Assembly (NCBI GenBank): GCA_965649765.1
Contig: OZ287749.1
Location: forward strand, 3,224,001 to 3,288,000
Direction of reading: 5' to 3'
Source of the DNA: Bispira polyomma
Taxonomy: Eukaryota
DNA: 64,000 nt
In this document: positions 1 to 12,327 of the stretch, piece by piece
How the letters are laid out: every line of letters starts with the position of its first letter
Position numbering within the stretch: the first letter of the stretch is position 1
The notes under the pieces: model-generated
The model's input: the letters and a program-made list of their open reading frames with translations, nothing else
Database searches by the model: none
Told to the model about the DNA's origin: nothing
Translations under genes and position numbers: made by a program

Positions 1-781
1 CACTGTTATTTAACTTCCAGTACCCTGGACCCCTTTTTGATGCATTTATCTTGAATATAACTTTAAGGCCAGAGTGGTCTATGACCCCATGATTTTTAAC
101 TGGCCGTGTAATTGCCATATTTTTAACATCATACTGTATGTTACTACTAACTAAAATATAATCTAGTCTGCTGTAACATTTTGATTTCTTATCATAGTAA
201 GTATACCCTGGTACGTCAGGCCTATAAAAGGACCAAATATCATTTAAATCACAGTGCGTGAGTAATTTTTTAAAACTTGCCACACTTTTATCATTTTTAC
301 ATGAAGATGGAAATCTATCTGATTGTTTTAAAGAGCAATTAAAGTCCCCAGCAATAATCAAATTTTTTAAATTTTCTGCATATTGCAGTATCCACTGTTT
401 TAGTTTATCAAAAAATAAAACTCTATCATTTTCATGATTTGGAGCATACACTGAAACAACACTAAGAATGTTGTCATCAATTTCAATGTTTACCAGAAGA
501 ATTCTACCATCTTTATCTGTATAACTACTAATAATTTTTCCTTCGAAATTTTCTTTGATTAAAAGTCCAACTCCCCTACTGTGAGTAGAGTCAGTTGGAG
601 CTAAGACAACATTACCTTTCCACCCTGCTTTAATGTATGCTTCACATTGTTTAGTACAAAATGTTTCTTGTAAAAATATTAAGTCAAAGTTTTGATTTAC
701 TAACCATAAAAATAGTTTACACCTTTTTTCATTGTCATTTAGTCCTCGACAGTTATAAGTCAATACTGAAACATTATTCAT
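1..781 (-). CDS. L1/Tx1-clade LINE ORF2, N-terminal AP-endonuclease domain (open frame running off the window edge)
   Basis: Manual translation from the ATG at 781: MNNVSVLTYNCRGL..DLIFLQETF..SRGVGLLI..DGRILLV..VYAPN..IIAGDFN..YTYY..SRLDYILVS..IDHSGL..RGPGYWKLNNS. These are the APE motifs plus the L1-typical WKLN. It is probably missing from the ORF track because it has no stop inside the window. Confidence 0.92.
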   Translation of the reverse strand, partial: MNNVSVLTYNCRGLNDNEKRCKLFLWLVNQNFDLIFLQETFCTKQCEAYIKAGWKGNVVLAPTDSTHSRGVGLLIKENFEGKIISSYTDKDGRILLVNIEIDDNILSVVSVYAPNHENDRVLFFDKLKQWILQYAENLKNLIIAGDFNCSLKQSDRFPSSCKNDKSVASFKKLLTHCDLNDIWSFYRPDVPGYTYYDKKSKCYSRLDYILVSSNIQYDVKNMAITRPVKNHGVIDHSGLKVIFKINASKRGPGYWKLNNS

Positions 782-995
782 CACTGTTACGATCTGCAAT
801 GCTTTCCTTTATGGTTGTGAGAAGCTTACCCAGCTTATTTTTTCCTGGCCAAGAGCTTTTTTTCACAGTGAAAACATCCGTTTTGTTCAGACCAGTTGAC
901 CAGAAGAGTTCACCAGGTACAGCAAAAACACCATCTGTTTCAATCAGCACATCAAAAAAATACTGTAAATTATGTACAATTTTATGTATATAGAT
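774..995 (-). CDS. C-terminal end of LINE ORF1 carrying a NADAR (YbiA/DUF1768)-like motif; 5' truncated
   Basis: FFDVLIETDGVFAVPGELFWSTGL...WPGKNKLGKLLTTIK resembles the NADAR C-terminal signature (D..WG.G....W.G.N.LG..LM..R). Its stop overlaps the ORF2 ATG by 8 nt. Confidence 0.65.
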   Translation of the reverse strand: MYIHKIVHNLQYFFDVLIETDGVFAVPGELFWSTGLNKTDVFTVKKSSWPGKNKLGKLLTTIKESIADRNSDE

Positions 996-1019
996 AAGCA
1001 TCTCTTTGAGTTTTGTTAA

Positions 1020-1260
1020 CAAGTTCTTATTATTCTAATTATAAGAACTTTAGTGAATACGGCCCCTGGCCTTCTTATGTATTGCTTTTCACAATTCTTA
1101 GTCAAGAAAATTCTTATTCTAAGAATAAAAAAAACAAAATTCTTAGAATAGTAAATTTTCAAGGTATCAGAATGATTCTTATTGTAAGTATAAGGATAAT
1201 TCTTATTCTAAGTATAAGAATTATTCTAAGTATAAGAACTTTAGTGAATACGGGCCCTGA
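1020..1260. mobile_element. Non-autonomous Harbinger/PIF-like MITE debris: two terminal-repeat ends in direct orientation
   Basis: tataagaactttagtgaatacgg(c/g)cc occurs at ~1040-1066 and ~1231-1257, with internal ttcttattcta/aagtataagaa subrepeats. The reverse complement GGGCCCGTATTCACTAAAG resembles Harbinger-type TIRs. Confidence 0.45.
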
Positions 1261-1849
1261 TCAATTTTGTGAATAAATACCCTGAAGAAATGCGTCCCAT
1301 GTGCAAGTTAGACACAGAGTGGAGTATATAGAGTAGAGTATACCATGGACATAAATCTGGAAAATATAATTTCATCTATGATACCAGATTGTTTTGTCAG
1401 GTGATTGGAGTTAGATAGTAACAATAGTGTGCAAGGTGTGAAAGAGGCCTATTGTGTGTACAACAAAACATACTGGTGCAGAAATATGTTCAGGGTGGTT
1501 CATTGCAGGGTGGTAATAAGTTTGACTATGTATCTAAGACCCCAACATGTGCTATAAAAAACAGTTGTGCTGTTTGTATAAGATCACAAAATACCTTAAG
1601 TGTCAGTTGATATTTGTCACATATCTATGTCAAGCACAAGCACAAACCCAAAAAGTCATATCCAAAATAATTGCATATTGTGACCAATATGAGTATAGAT
1701 TATAGGGTCCAGGTGATTGCATTTAAGATGAAATAGATTATTACCTAAGATCTAATATTTGGTTTAATTACAGTATTAATTAAGTATTGGCTTAATATAT
1801 TTGACTTTTAATCTAAAGCTTTGTGCACACACACAAAAATTTTTTTTTG

Positions 1850-4230
1850 TAAAAACACAAAACAAATTATATGTTACCCATCGTTTAGAAAAACAATAAT
1901 ATCCTTGAAAAAACTAGAAGATATTTTGTAGTCACTGCTTCTTCTGTGATTGTGTTTACTGGACAAATTGCAGACCAGGCCTTATTCTTCACAAAAAGCC
2001 TATAAAATGCCACTAGCATTAGTAGAATGTGGCTTTGAGTTTACAAGCATTAATCAGCTCAACAACAAGCCAGCCCACTGTGTGGTTTCCATAGTTTCCT
2101 ACTATAGTGAAGGAATCGGGTGACACACTGGGGTTTAATTACAAGCTATTTGTTATACTGTTCGACATTAAGACCTTCAGATTGGGTGTTAAAGGGTGTG
2201 GTAAATCATTGTGTGCCATTTAACTTATCATCATACTTCAAAATGTTATGGAATGACACATTAATCCCATTATCTACTTAAAGGTTGTTTACGATTACAC
2301 TAAAATACTGGTTGGTTTGATCAAGATTGTATGTGCAAGATGGATGGATTAAAAATTTAGATATTATGTTTGTTAAGTACAAATACAATTATTGTAACTT
2401 ATTGCATGTGTATTTCCCATTTATTTATCCAATCAATATACAGTTATTTGTGGTACACCAAGACGAAAAATTGGTAAAGCTAACAAAGTAATGAATCACT
2501 AAAGTAATATTTGTTCATTTTCTAGTTAAAGCCTTCAATGTTGTAGATAACATTTTTATTAATTACTATTAAATATAATAAAACCAAACATGTCTAATAC
2601 TAATTACCTTACTTCTGGGCAATAAAGTGACATTTAATAAACATTTTGGTTGGTATTTTTTGGACAGCTTTTTGGACAATAAATTATTAGTCTAATTTAT
2701 TGTTGGATTGCATGTGTGAAACCTAGAGAAATGACTTAAAAGCTGGTTTGTTGTTTGTGATCCTGCAAAAGTTATTAAATAGATGGCAAAATAAATAGTT
2801 TTTGGCAGCAGATGCTCGAGTTGGTGTAAAACAGAGTTTTATCTCTGTATCATCAGCATAAACCAGAGACTCTATGCTAAAAGAGTTATTGAGTAGTTGG
2901 GCAAATATGTCAGTCTTATCAAACTTGATGCTCTAGTGGTGTAAGACATAGTTAGATCTCTATGTCATCAGCATAAATCTGGTACTTTCTGGATTCGTAA
3001 GAGGCTATAATTTTACTGAGTGGTGTTGTGTTGAATGAAAGGGAGATTGGGCCCATGAATGAAGTCTCACTTTATTATATTTTACAGAGTAAAACGTTCT
3101 TTTCATTAATATTTTCAGTGACGCTCAGTGATGAGATGATAAATGTGGGTATCATGTTTCATATATACTTTTATATTACGATTATTATACAGATTAGGTA
3201 TTTGGACTCGAGACTAATGGATTATTAACTCTAAACAAGATATAATGGTCACAAATATTCACAAGAAAATTTGATATTGTATTAAATTACAAGTATCGGC
3301 TCAATATATTTGTACCTAAACACACCAGAAAACTACCCGATTATATGTTACCCTGTCATCTTATGGAAATACCGAAATATCCGTAATAAGTAAACAACCA
3401 GCTTCTATGTTATGTGTTAACCTGTCATCTGATAGAAAGATCAAAACATGATTCAGAATAAATGACTAGATATTGTGTACTTGCTGATTCTGGTGTGATT
3501 CTACTTTATTGGACCAATTGTAGACTTGCTGTATTTCTTGACAGGAAGCCCATAATGCTGCTGTGCTAAGGACAATAGGGTTTTGTGTTGAGAAGTCTTC
3601 CTTAATCATTTTAACAACAATCCACTCTCTGTGTCTTTTCCATAGTCTCTTATTTGTGGTGTAGAAATCAGTTGAGACTGGGGTGTAATTTCAAGCCATT
3701 TGTTATAGTGTTTGACAGGAGACTGCTCTTGTTACCACATGTGGATCTTCAGATGGGGTGTTAAAATGTGTGCTTAACTTATTATCATGTTGTAAATGTT
3801 ATGTATATCTTCAATAATGATTTAGTATATGCAAGATGGTTGAAATAATAATTTAGATAAATACTTTTGTACAAATAAAATTATTGTAACACATTGTATT
3901 TCCCAGCTTGTCTCAGCTTTTCATCAAATTAATATACCCAGGTATTTTGTATACCCGCCAAATTGGTAAAGCAAACTAAGTAATGAATGATTTGTGTAAT
4001 TATTTTTGTGCTTGTAGCTAATCATTCCTGAACATGCCAAGGATATCTTATTAGTACGTCTAGGTAACTAGATGCTTGAGTGGGTGTAATACAGTAAGAT
4101 CTCTGTGTCACCAGCATCAACTGATACTTTGTGGATTCATCAAAGGCTGTAACTTTACTGAGAAGTGTTGTTGAGTGTAATGAAAAGAAAATTGGTCCCA
4201 GAAATGAAGTCTCAGTTTATTATATTTGGA
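1850..4230 (-). repeat. Old local duplication (~1850-3075 vs ~3340-4225) containing degraded L2/CR1 RT fragments
   Basis: Collinear similar blocks in both halves: ttatatgttaccc, ggacaaattg/ggaccaattg, ccatagt, cttcaga, aattggtaaagc, aatgaagtctca. Minus strand 2950-3065 translates as SFMGPISLSFNTTPLSKII..QIYADD, an RT motif remnant. Confidence 0.6.
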
Positions 4231-4399
4231 TCAGGTGCACAGAGTATAGTTTTCTCCAAAATTATATTATAAGTACTTCACCGCCCACTGATGACTCTAG
4301 GTGTCATGTTTGATGTAGATGTCTCTTTTAATGGTCGTGTTAATATCATGTACAAATCGTGTTTTGACATAATTTAGAAATATTGGAAACTCTTTACAA

Positions 4400-5900
4400 A
4401 TATCAGTGACAATAACTACTGAAAATCTCTTTATAGAAGTCTAAAAGTCTAAAAAAAATATATGAGAAACTTACCATGCATTCGAGATTATTAAGCCGAA
4501 GTGATCAGGATTAATTATAGGTTCTTACACAGTATACGAATAAAATCTACAAATGTATTAGACATAAAATCTCTTTCTCAGTCTTCTCTGATATGAACAT
4601 TTATACCAAGAAAATACCAAGTTTACTTTGACAGGTTTTTAGCACTGGAAGTAGCAGGCAACACTATTTGTCTGGATATTACAGGTTGTTACTAAAGAGT
4701 CTTTTTTAAAAAAGTATATTTGAACAGAAACATTGTAAACAAATTTGTATGATGACCTACATTTGTAAGAGCAACCATGTTCAACATATTATATAGAAAA
4801 CAGCTCGTGTCCTTACCATCAAGCTGACAAAGAGGATACAACTCGTTAGTTATTGATATGCCAATGTTTTTATTTCTTTGAGTAACATAGTAAAAATCAT
4901 CAACCAGATCTTTATTGTTTGGACTGGGGTCTTTTGACAAAGAAATCATATGAAAAATGAATTTCTAGTAGAGCTAGAGCCATTTACAATAAATCTATTG
5001 ACAAAACCTACAGTATAATTACTATAAATTCGGTCTAGAAAGAAATATACTTTTGAGGATACTCATTATAATTAATACCTTGTAATGTATCAAATAAAGG
5101 AAAGTGTTTTAATGATATTTCATAATATACTCCGTGTTATGCTGTTTCATTAGGCCAACAATCGAACTCAAACTGAATCTGTTTTTTTATTTGTGTGGCA
5201 ACATTCATATTATTCATGACAGAATGCAAATATGGATAAATACCAAAGCTCACTCAGACTCTTTATTAACAGATATTGCTTCCCACTGATGCCCCTCATT
5301 TTTTTTGCTCTGTAATCACTAAATTACTAAGATCAACTAATGGACAAAAGTGGTTATTATACTAACTAGAAAAACAAAATTAAAGTGGCTCTCATCGGGG
5401 AAAAAGGGTGTTTCCGATGGATAAAAACACATTTATTTGTGTAACATATTTATTTAACATTCATTAAATTTAATACAAATGCATATTTTGAGTCTCATAT
5501 ACTTTCAACAAACATGTAGCGAGAGATTTCAGAATACAGATAAGCATGGACATAGTAAAAGACATCAGATATTATAGCCTAATGGAGGGATCATTGTATA
5601 ATAAGTGAAACACCAGACTGGAGTCAACGTTTTCCCTGTTTTGCCTCTCATCCGAAAGTTTCCCTAAAATACATGCAAAAAATGATAGATTAACCCATAT
5701 GTTTAAAAGTACATTTTGTTTGGTGCTTGTTAAATCTTTACTGCAATAATCAAAAATAAATGATTATAAATTCAATATGCAGTAGACCTTAATGTTGATG
5801 TTGACAATTGGTAATAGATATCATCTGCATACACAATTTGGAGTTTACTTGGGTTTACATTATTTTTAACAGTTTAGGTCATATTATGATGGCCAGATTT
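4400..5900 (-). pseudogene. Heavily degraded L1/Tx1 ORF2 fragments
   Basis: SKDPSPNNKDLVDDFY resembles KSPGPDGL..EFY. A YADD motif lies at ~5820-5832 on the minus strand. Many stops. Confidence 0.4.
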
Positions 5901-6009
5901 TATGGGTCGAATAAACCAGTGCTGAAGATACTACAAACCGCGACCTACTTTTCTTCATTGACTGTAAAACATTCAAAATATGTATATTGAGATTTAAAAA
6001 ATAATAATG

Positions 6010-6230
6010 AAGGTTATGATGAATTGTATACAAATACTAAAATTCTGTACAAAATCAACAAAATGCTCTTGCGATTCATTGTTATTGTCCCTTCACTTTT
6101 TTCTCTGACGCTAGTGCTTGATACATTGTATGTCTTGTGGGTACAATTTTGTTTAAGATCGACAGTTATATTTACAGTCTATGGTTTTTAAAGATAATGC
6201 ATTGATCAAAGGATTTCCTGTATTGTTGAA
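6010..6230 (+). repeat. Dispersed repeat, second copy at ~21548-21750
   Basis: Shared blocks ggttatgatg..aaaattctgtacaaaatc..caaaatgctc..gtctatg..atcaaaggatttcct at both locations. Confidence 0.6.
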
Positions 6231-7779
6231 CACCATATTGTATCTGTACAAAGAAGTCTCATGACTAATATTATTTTGTGCTTACAATTGATATGCTTTC
6301 GAAAAACACTATGTCTGGACCCCTTGGGACAAAAAATAATGAGAACGTGTTTTGCGATTATCGAAAGTCTACCACTTGTTTGCCTCCAAAGAAAAATGCT
6401 GAAGTTTCTGAAAAAGTACGTACAGGAATGTTATATATTGAATGATTCAAATTCATTGCATGTAGAGATGGGGTAGTGGGCCAAGGGAAACACTATTGAA
6501 TTGTAGAGAAAATCTGTGCAGAATGGCAAAGCTAGTAGTGTTCTTAAGACCTGAGTAGGTTTATGATAGTAGCTTTAGATCATTACTTTGGTATTCTTCA
6601 CAAAGTAGTGTATCTAATATTTTTGTTGACAACAGAACAAGGTCATGTCAAAAGGTTGTCAGAACAAGTTGTGTCAGCTTACTCAGGATAATTTTAAATT
6701 CTAATAACAAGCTTATTAGACATTACTCCTTTAGTTATACGAAGGCATGTGCTTTTTTAAAAGGAATAGATGTAACATGAATTAACGTACTATCTCTATT
6801 AGTGTATATATATATATATATATGTATTCATATTACTACTTGTACATTATTTATAAGGACCATAATAACATTATGTCTGAAATAAAATCTACCTACCTAT
6901 CAACCTTAACTGAAACACACTGATCAATCATAGACATAATGGGAAGCTTTGCTTTGAGACACTTATATGTATAAACTTCTTTACAGTAAAAAAGTTATTA
7001 TTACTAAAGTAAGAGTAATGCCCTTGTATTTGATAATTAAATAATAATACTTATCACAAGGGTGCATTTGTACTGCCTGCATGGTGAGACATTAGCCTCG
7101 ACAGCTGACATAGTACCTGTAAGACATGTCTGATTTTTGGTAGGATTTTTTTGCTGCTTGTAAAAAAAGCTCTCTAGTTTTGTGCTCTAGGGAGCGCAAT
7201 ACATTTTCAATAAGAAATGTTATTTAACACAGTTAGGCTGTGTTAAATTAGGAGAGCTTGTTCTCATTAAAGGAACCCTCCCACCATCACTGCAGCCATT
7301 TCACTCATTAAAACTGCATTACTAGCAGCTTTGATACCAGCTCAGGCGACTGTTTGTTTTGCCAGACTAATAACTGTGATGCAAACATAGCAGAGCAGCA
7401 AAGGTTAATGTGAGAGCCTATAAGAACAGTTTGCCCTATCAAAATCATAGCAATTTGTTTTATTTTAAAATAGCCTAGGCAACATGAAAAATTAGTGTAA
7501 AAATTGTTGAATTTTCCAAAGATGTTAAACTACATGTAATATGATAATTGGGTCAGCATTTAAAATGTATGCTAACAGTATTAGTTCTAAAGAAACTTGA
7601 AAATAAGGAAATTTGACATCTGTCAAGTAAATAGAAGTTCTGTTCTTCACAGTGAGTACTGACAATAATGTTCAATTTTGATTCTAACTTAAATATATGC
7701 GGCTCAGATCTACATATGTGATTGCTTGGCCTTTCAGTTTATCTTTTAACTGAAACAGAAAATCAGCTTTGTCACCAAG

Positions 7780-8645
7780 ATGTGAAAATAAAATTGGTTG
7801 GAACCTCTACTCCCAACCTACATACTTGGCAAGAGATTTGAGGCTGCTAAAACAGTGCAGAGCCTGGGTGTCATATTCGACTGCGATTTCTCTTTCAAAA
7901 AACAGGTGGATGCTGTTTGCAGATCATGTTTTGTTGGACTTCGGGACCTACAGATAATTAGACAGTACCTACCAAGGACAGTGGCTATCTTGGCGGCAAT
8001 ACACTTGTCAGTAGCAGACTAGACTACTGTAATTCACTGTATCGTGATTTATCCAAGGTAACCTGAGATGATTGCAGTGTCTGTAAAATGCTTTGGCATG
8101 AGTTGTCACGGGTTTCCACAAGTGGACGCACATTACAGCAGTGCTAAAGTCTCAATATTGGCTCCCTGTAAATGAGAGAATCGCTTTCAAAACTGCCAGC
8201 CTCATTTACAAACATCTGGACTCTAGTCTGCCGCAGTACTTCCATGAATACATAAATTATTACACATCCTCTGTAAATACCAGATGTACCGTTGCTACAA
8301 AGATATATCTAATTGTTCTCACTTTTAATTCTCGGATTTATAAGTCTAAAACCCATTTTGATGGATCATTTGCAAATGATGGACCTCGACTTATGAACAG
8401 CCTCCCATTTGCTGTACGATCTGCCCCCACACTGTCATCCTTCAGGTGCGAGCTTAAGACTCACCTGTCGCCTGTTTTACGAAGCTTACCCTCCTTAGCA
8501 CTTTCTCCTCTGGTTTTGAAGCCAATCCTTTTTTGCACCACATACTTATGATATTGCCTTTACCCTTATGTTTTATCGCGCCTTAGAATTTGATATACAT
8601 AAAAAATTAAGCACACAAAAAGTTTGTATATAATAATAATAATGC
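7780..8645 (+). mobile_element. 5'-truncated L2/CR1-group LINE 3' end (degraded)
   Basis: SLGVIFD, SRLDYCNSL, WLPVNERIAFKTA, RSAPTLSSFRCELKTHL, followed by the L2-type 3' tail gcgccttag...attaagc...(aat)n. Confidence 0.85.
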
Positions 8646-9879
8646 AGATGGTGAGTTCATTAGGAACAATCTTGATAGGGACAATCAGTACCAGTATGTA
8701 CTTAGTGAAAATTAATAAAATAATAGAGACATAAATGAGAACGGTATTAACGTGTGTGTGGATGATAAAGTTATAAATGTCGTATCTTCATAAACAATAT
8801 TTTATTGAAGCAAAATAATCAGGCAAAATCAAAAAGATTTTTTTAAGCCTTCTGTCATATCTTATTCAAATTTAGAAAGTGAAACTATAATCAATAATAC
8901 TGATATTATTATTTCAGAAAATAACACTGTTACTGATGATGTTGACATATATGTTAAGGGTTATATTTCAGATGCAGGCAGATATCATGGTATTTAATTT
9001 AACACACATAGTATAGATGCAGCTGAAGAGCAGCAACTGATGAGTCGTTCACACAAGTGCGACTGGTGACTGGTGTACAAAATGATGTTATCAACAATGT
9101 GGAGGCAGACAGGACATTGGGCATAATGCAGTGGTTGGTGGACATACTTTAATAAGCACGAAAAGTTCAGTGACTAACTGGTATGAATACAGTGAACAAG
9201 TGAGGGATAGGACTCCTATAGCTAATATTAATAGCGAATAATATGAAATTAACAGTGTCGTCTGCTTTCACCACTGTTTTACCATCACTGGCCTTGTCTC
9301 CTGTTAATGTTGTGTGATCCTCACCTCTTACAACACTGCAGACCAGGCTAGTCAATAAAGCATTCATAGGAATAGGCACTTTATCAAAAGCGGTCATAGA
9401 TCAGGATAAATATGAGCATTATTATTACTATAAAAGGGGTCTAGAGTGCTTCAGTCAACAGTCTAATGCAAGCGTTATTTGTAATTGTAAGGATCAATGT
9501 AGGAGTTATAAATTAAAGTTATATTAAGATCCACTATGCACACATAACTAACTTAAAGGTATAATCATATTACACTATTTATTATAAATAGCCTGTAATG
9601 GCCGAAGGCAAGTTAATATAAGCATATATAAGGCATAAAATAATTAATGACATGCTTAGTTTATAAGCAAAACTGTATTTTAAGCACCCGTATACTCTAA
9701 TATAGAATTTCACAGTGAACTTGTGACCAAGAACAATGTTGACATTTGTGATTCACACAAACGTATGGGTTACATTGTTTTATCTACTACATCATTTTAA
9801 TTTCATAGTCCTGATCTGCTTTCTGTTACCATTAAAATTTAATCTAAAGATGTTGACAAACGTAATTTTTAAAGCAGGC

Positions 9880-10776
9880 ATCTAGATTAAGTTCGTTCAC
9901 GTAGGGCCTATTGTAAGGTTAACATGTAACCCTGTTGAACACAGGTAGAAAATTGGAAAACCAGGTCATCCTTCATGCACCTAATTACTGTATACTATCT
10001 CATTCTATTATTGGAGTTTCTAGTGCAATCCCAGCTCCCTGCCGATGCAATCACAAATAACGTACCAGCTTTGGAAAGTATGGCTTCCAAACTTCTGTTA
10101 GACATCTCACCATTTTAGTAGTTACCTGTTCGTTTATGAGCACAACTCATAATTCTACTTTTAGACTTAACCCCAAATGAACCTTTGACAAACACCAGTT
10201 AACGCAGATTTTTAAACGTTGTGACATATTGCAGGATTCAATACGTCATAGAGCTCTATTTGTTAGCATTCTTTGGGGTTCTTAGGTTCTCAAACATTTC
10301 CCCTCACTGTAGCATATCTTTTGACCTTACCAGGCGTTTTCTCAGGCAATACCTCATATTCGGGCACCCTGGAGCCCATATCATCCTCAAAGAGACAGAA
10401 ACCTATAAAATAGAACGGACAGTCCCACATTTCTAATTTCCATGGTACAAAACAATGTATTTGCCAAGTGCGTGGTTTAACTGTACTACTTGCTTCCAGG
10501 CACCTTCCTGTTGTGAATTCTCATTTAAGGACCTCACTACATATAGTCCTGGATCACATAGGAGTACAATACCAATTGCATGGTATTTATACCTTTACAA
10601 GTTCTGGAGCCAACCATGCTTTTAGCAATAATGTTTCATTGTAAAACATAATGTCACCTGGCTGATGGAGGTCATCAGCAGTGAGGACTTGCCTTCAAAT
10701 AACAACCCAGGCTGCATCTGTACTTCCCAATACTTTTGCTTCCACAATTCCTTCTTTCTTTTAGTTTGGCTTGGGT
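9880..10776 (+). pseudogene. Remnant R: degraded tyrosine recombinase of a DIRS/Ngaro-like element, related to element B
   Basis: YLLAFFGVLRFSNISPH..FDLTRRFLRQYLIFGHPGAHIILK aligns with the B YR (FLMAFFTFLRLSNIAAH..FDPTRHFLRQDLSFRPPGAHITLK). The 3' end TFASTIP..TAG tttggcttggg matches B. Confidence 0.85.
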
Positions 10777-10909
10777 ACACAGTGCCCTACCCTAGTAAAC
10801 TTGTAGATGTGGTGTAACACAGGAAAATAACAAGAAAGGTAGGTTTTGGGGATATTAGCTTTAATTTGACTATGTTATCACTAATAATTATTTACATACT
10901 GTGTAGTAA

Positions 10910-11269
10910 GGGGCCACCTTAGCCCCAAGAGTTTAGGAGAAGTTAAGAGTTTAAGGTGACCTTAACCTGAGGACAACAGGCCAAAGTGACCAAAGGGATT
11001 TTTAAAATTTAAGGGGTAGCCCTAGCTTGAAAGTTAGGGCTACCTAAGATTGAGTTTAAGGTTAAGGGTAGCCCTAACTTGGAAGTTAGGGTTACCAAAG
11101 ATTGAAATTTTAAGGTTGAATTTAGGGGTAACCCTAACTTGAGGTTAGGGTAACCTTAGAATGAGTTTAAGTTTAAGAAAAATGGTAACCTTAGATTTTA
11201 TTTGAGGTTGCCAAAAGAGATTTAGTAAAGATGTAAAATGATTAAATTAGTATAAGGTAAGGTGGCCCC
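10910..11269. repeat. 3' UTR hairpin array of element A
   Basis: Four ~30-bp imperfect palindromes (11015-11044, 11067-11096, 11127-11155, 11184-11212; e.g. GGTAGCCCTAAC-TTGGAA-GTTAGGGTTACC) with 52-60 bp period. They are enclosed by a perfect 12-bp inverted repeat at 10910-10921 / 11258-11269. Confidence 0.85.
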
Positions 11270-11341
11270 AAAATATTTATATTTAAGCATTATTATATTT
11301 TATTTGTATATAATGTATGTAAATAAAGCCCCAAAGCCCAA

Positions 11342-12327
11342 CTAGGAAGTAGTAGAAGGGGAAAGGAGGGCCTTGAAGGTGAGGGCGACTTGGTCAGATG
11401 CATTGTGATCCTGTACAATATATTTCCACACACAATCAGACGTTCAAGTGCCATGGCTCTGGATATCTTGAATTGGGACATTATTGTTGAAGGCCAAGGT
11501 GGCACCTGAACGCCTGAAGGTGTGGAAAGAAATGTTTGATTGCTGGAGGCCAAGACGCCTCAAAATTTGAGTGAGATTTTGTCTAGCTTGGGTGTCAATC
11601 ATTGGGGACCATTTATGGTATTTTTTAAACTGAAAGAGAGGAGAATTTTTGTTTCCAGGAGTAATAGCTAGCAAGGCCCTTGTGGCAGCCACCGGACAGA
11701 GACTAGAGCCACTTAGGCTCGGTATTTTAATAACTTTTGCTACATTCTTTGACTGCATTGTTTTAGACCACTTTATTATGAGGTGGAGGCCAGGGGAGGC
11801 AAAAAGTACGTCCCCCCGGGCCAGTTGGACTAGTGGAGAGAATTGAGAGACAGCATGTGGAAGTAAGTTCGATATTCTAAGAAAAGAAAAGAAAGCAATG
11901 AGGTACAGAGCCTTGAAGACCTGCCCCATGTACATGCTGTCACAAATTTGAGTAATTTGGAGTAACAGGGGAATGTCAATAATAGCGTTAATTTTAGCCC
12001 TGAAGGGGCTATTGAGTGTAAGGGCTTTTTGGTAATACTTAATTCTAGGATCTGCAAATGCAGAGACGGCAAGGCCATAGAGGGCCAATTTAGCTTTAAC
12101 CGCCGAGAGGTAGTTTGCAATGGAGGAGACATGATTAACCACTAATACTTCTAAGAAAGCCAATATAATGAGGGGGGAGATATTTTGAGGCCTGACCTGA
12201 GCAAAACTACAATAGGCCAAGAATATCCTAAACATATTTGTATAGGCCCTTTCAGTGGCTGGTCTAAAGGCCTGATGGGCTCTGTATGAGGCTTGTGTAG
12301 CAATCTTTCTTAGCTTGGAAGGTACAT
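11342..12327 (-). pseudogene. Element A tyrosine recombinase (premature TGA at 11444-11446 replacing Trp)
   Basis: FLRISN (R), KWSKT (K), HTFRRSGAT (HxxR), HGT*TSDCVWKY (catalytic Y). The frame continues to TAG at 11342-11344. Confidence 0.93.

Noticed and set aside
661-993. 110-aa plus-strand ORF and the many other short tracked ORFs antisense to TE genes
   Set aside because: Shadow frames of LINE, DIRS or Gypsy coding sequence or random AT-rich ORFs, with no recognisable motifs.
8645-9850. Possible gag/pol remains of remnant R
   Set aside because: No motif could be recognised; too degraded to support.
10910-11269. CRISPR- or integron-like array next to a tyrosine recombinase
   Set aside because: Linkers between hairpins resemble each other (agattgagtttaagg-like) rather than being unique spacers or cassettes. 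Kept only as a structured 3' UTR.
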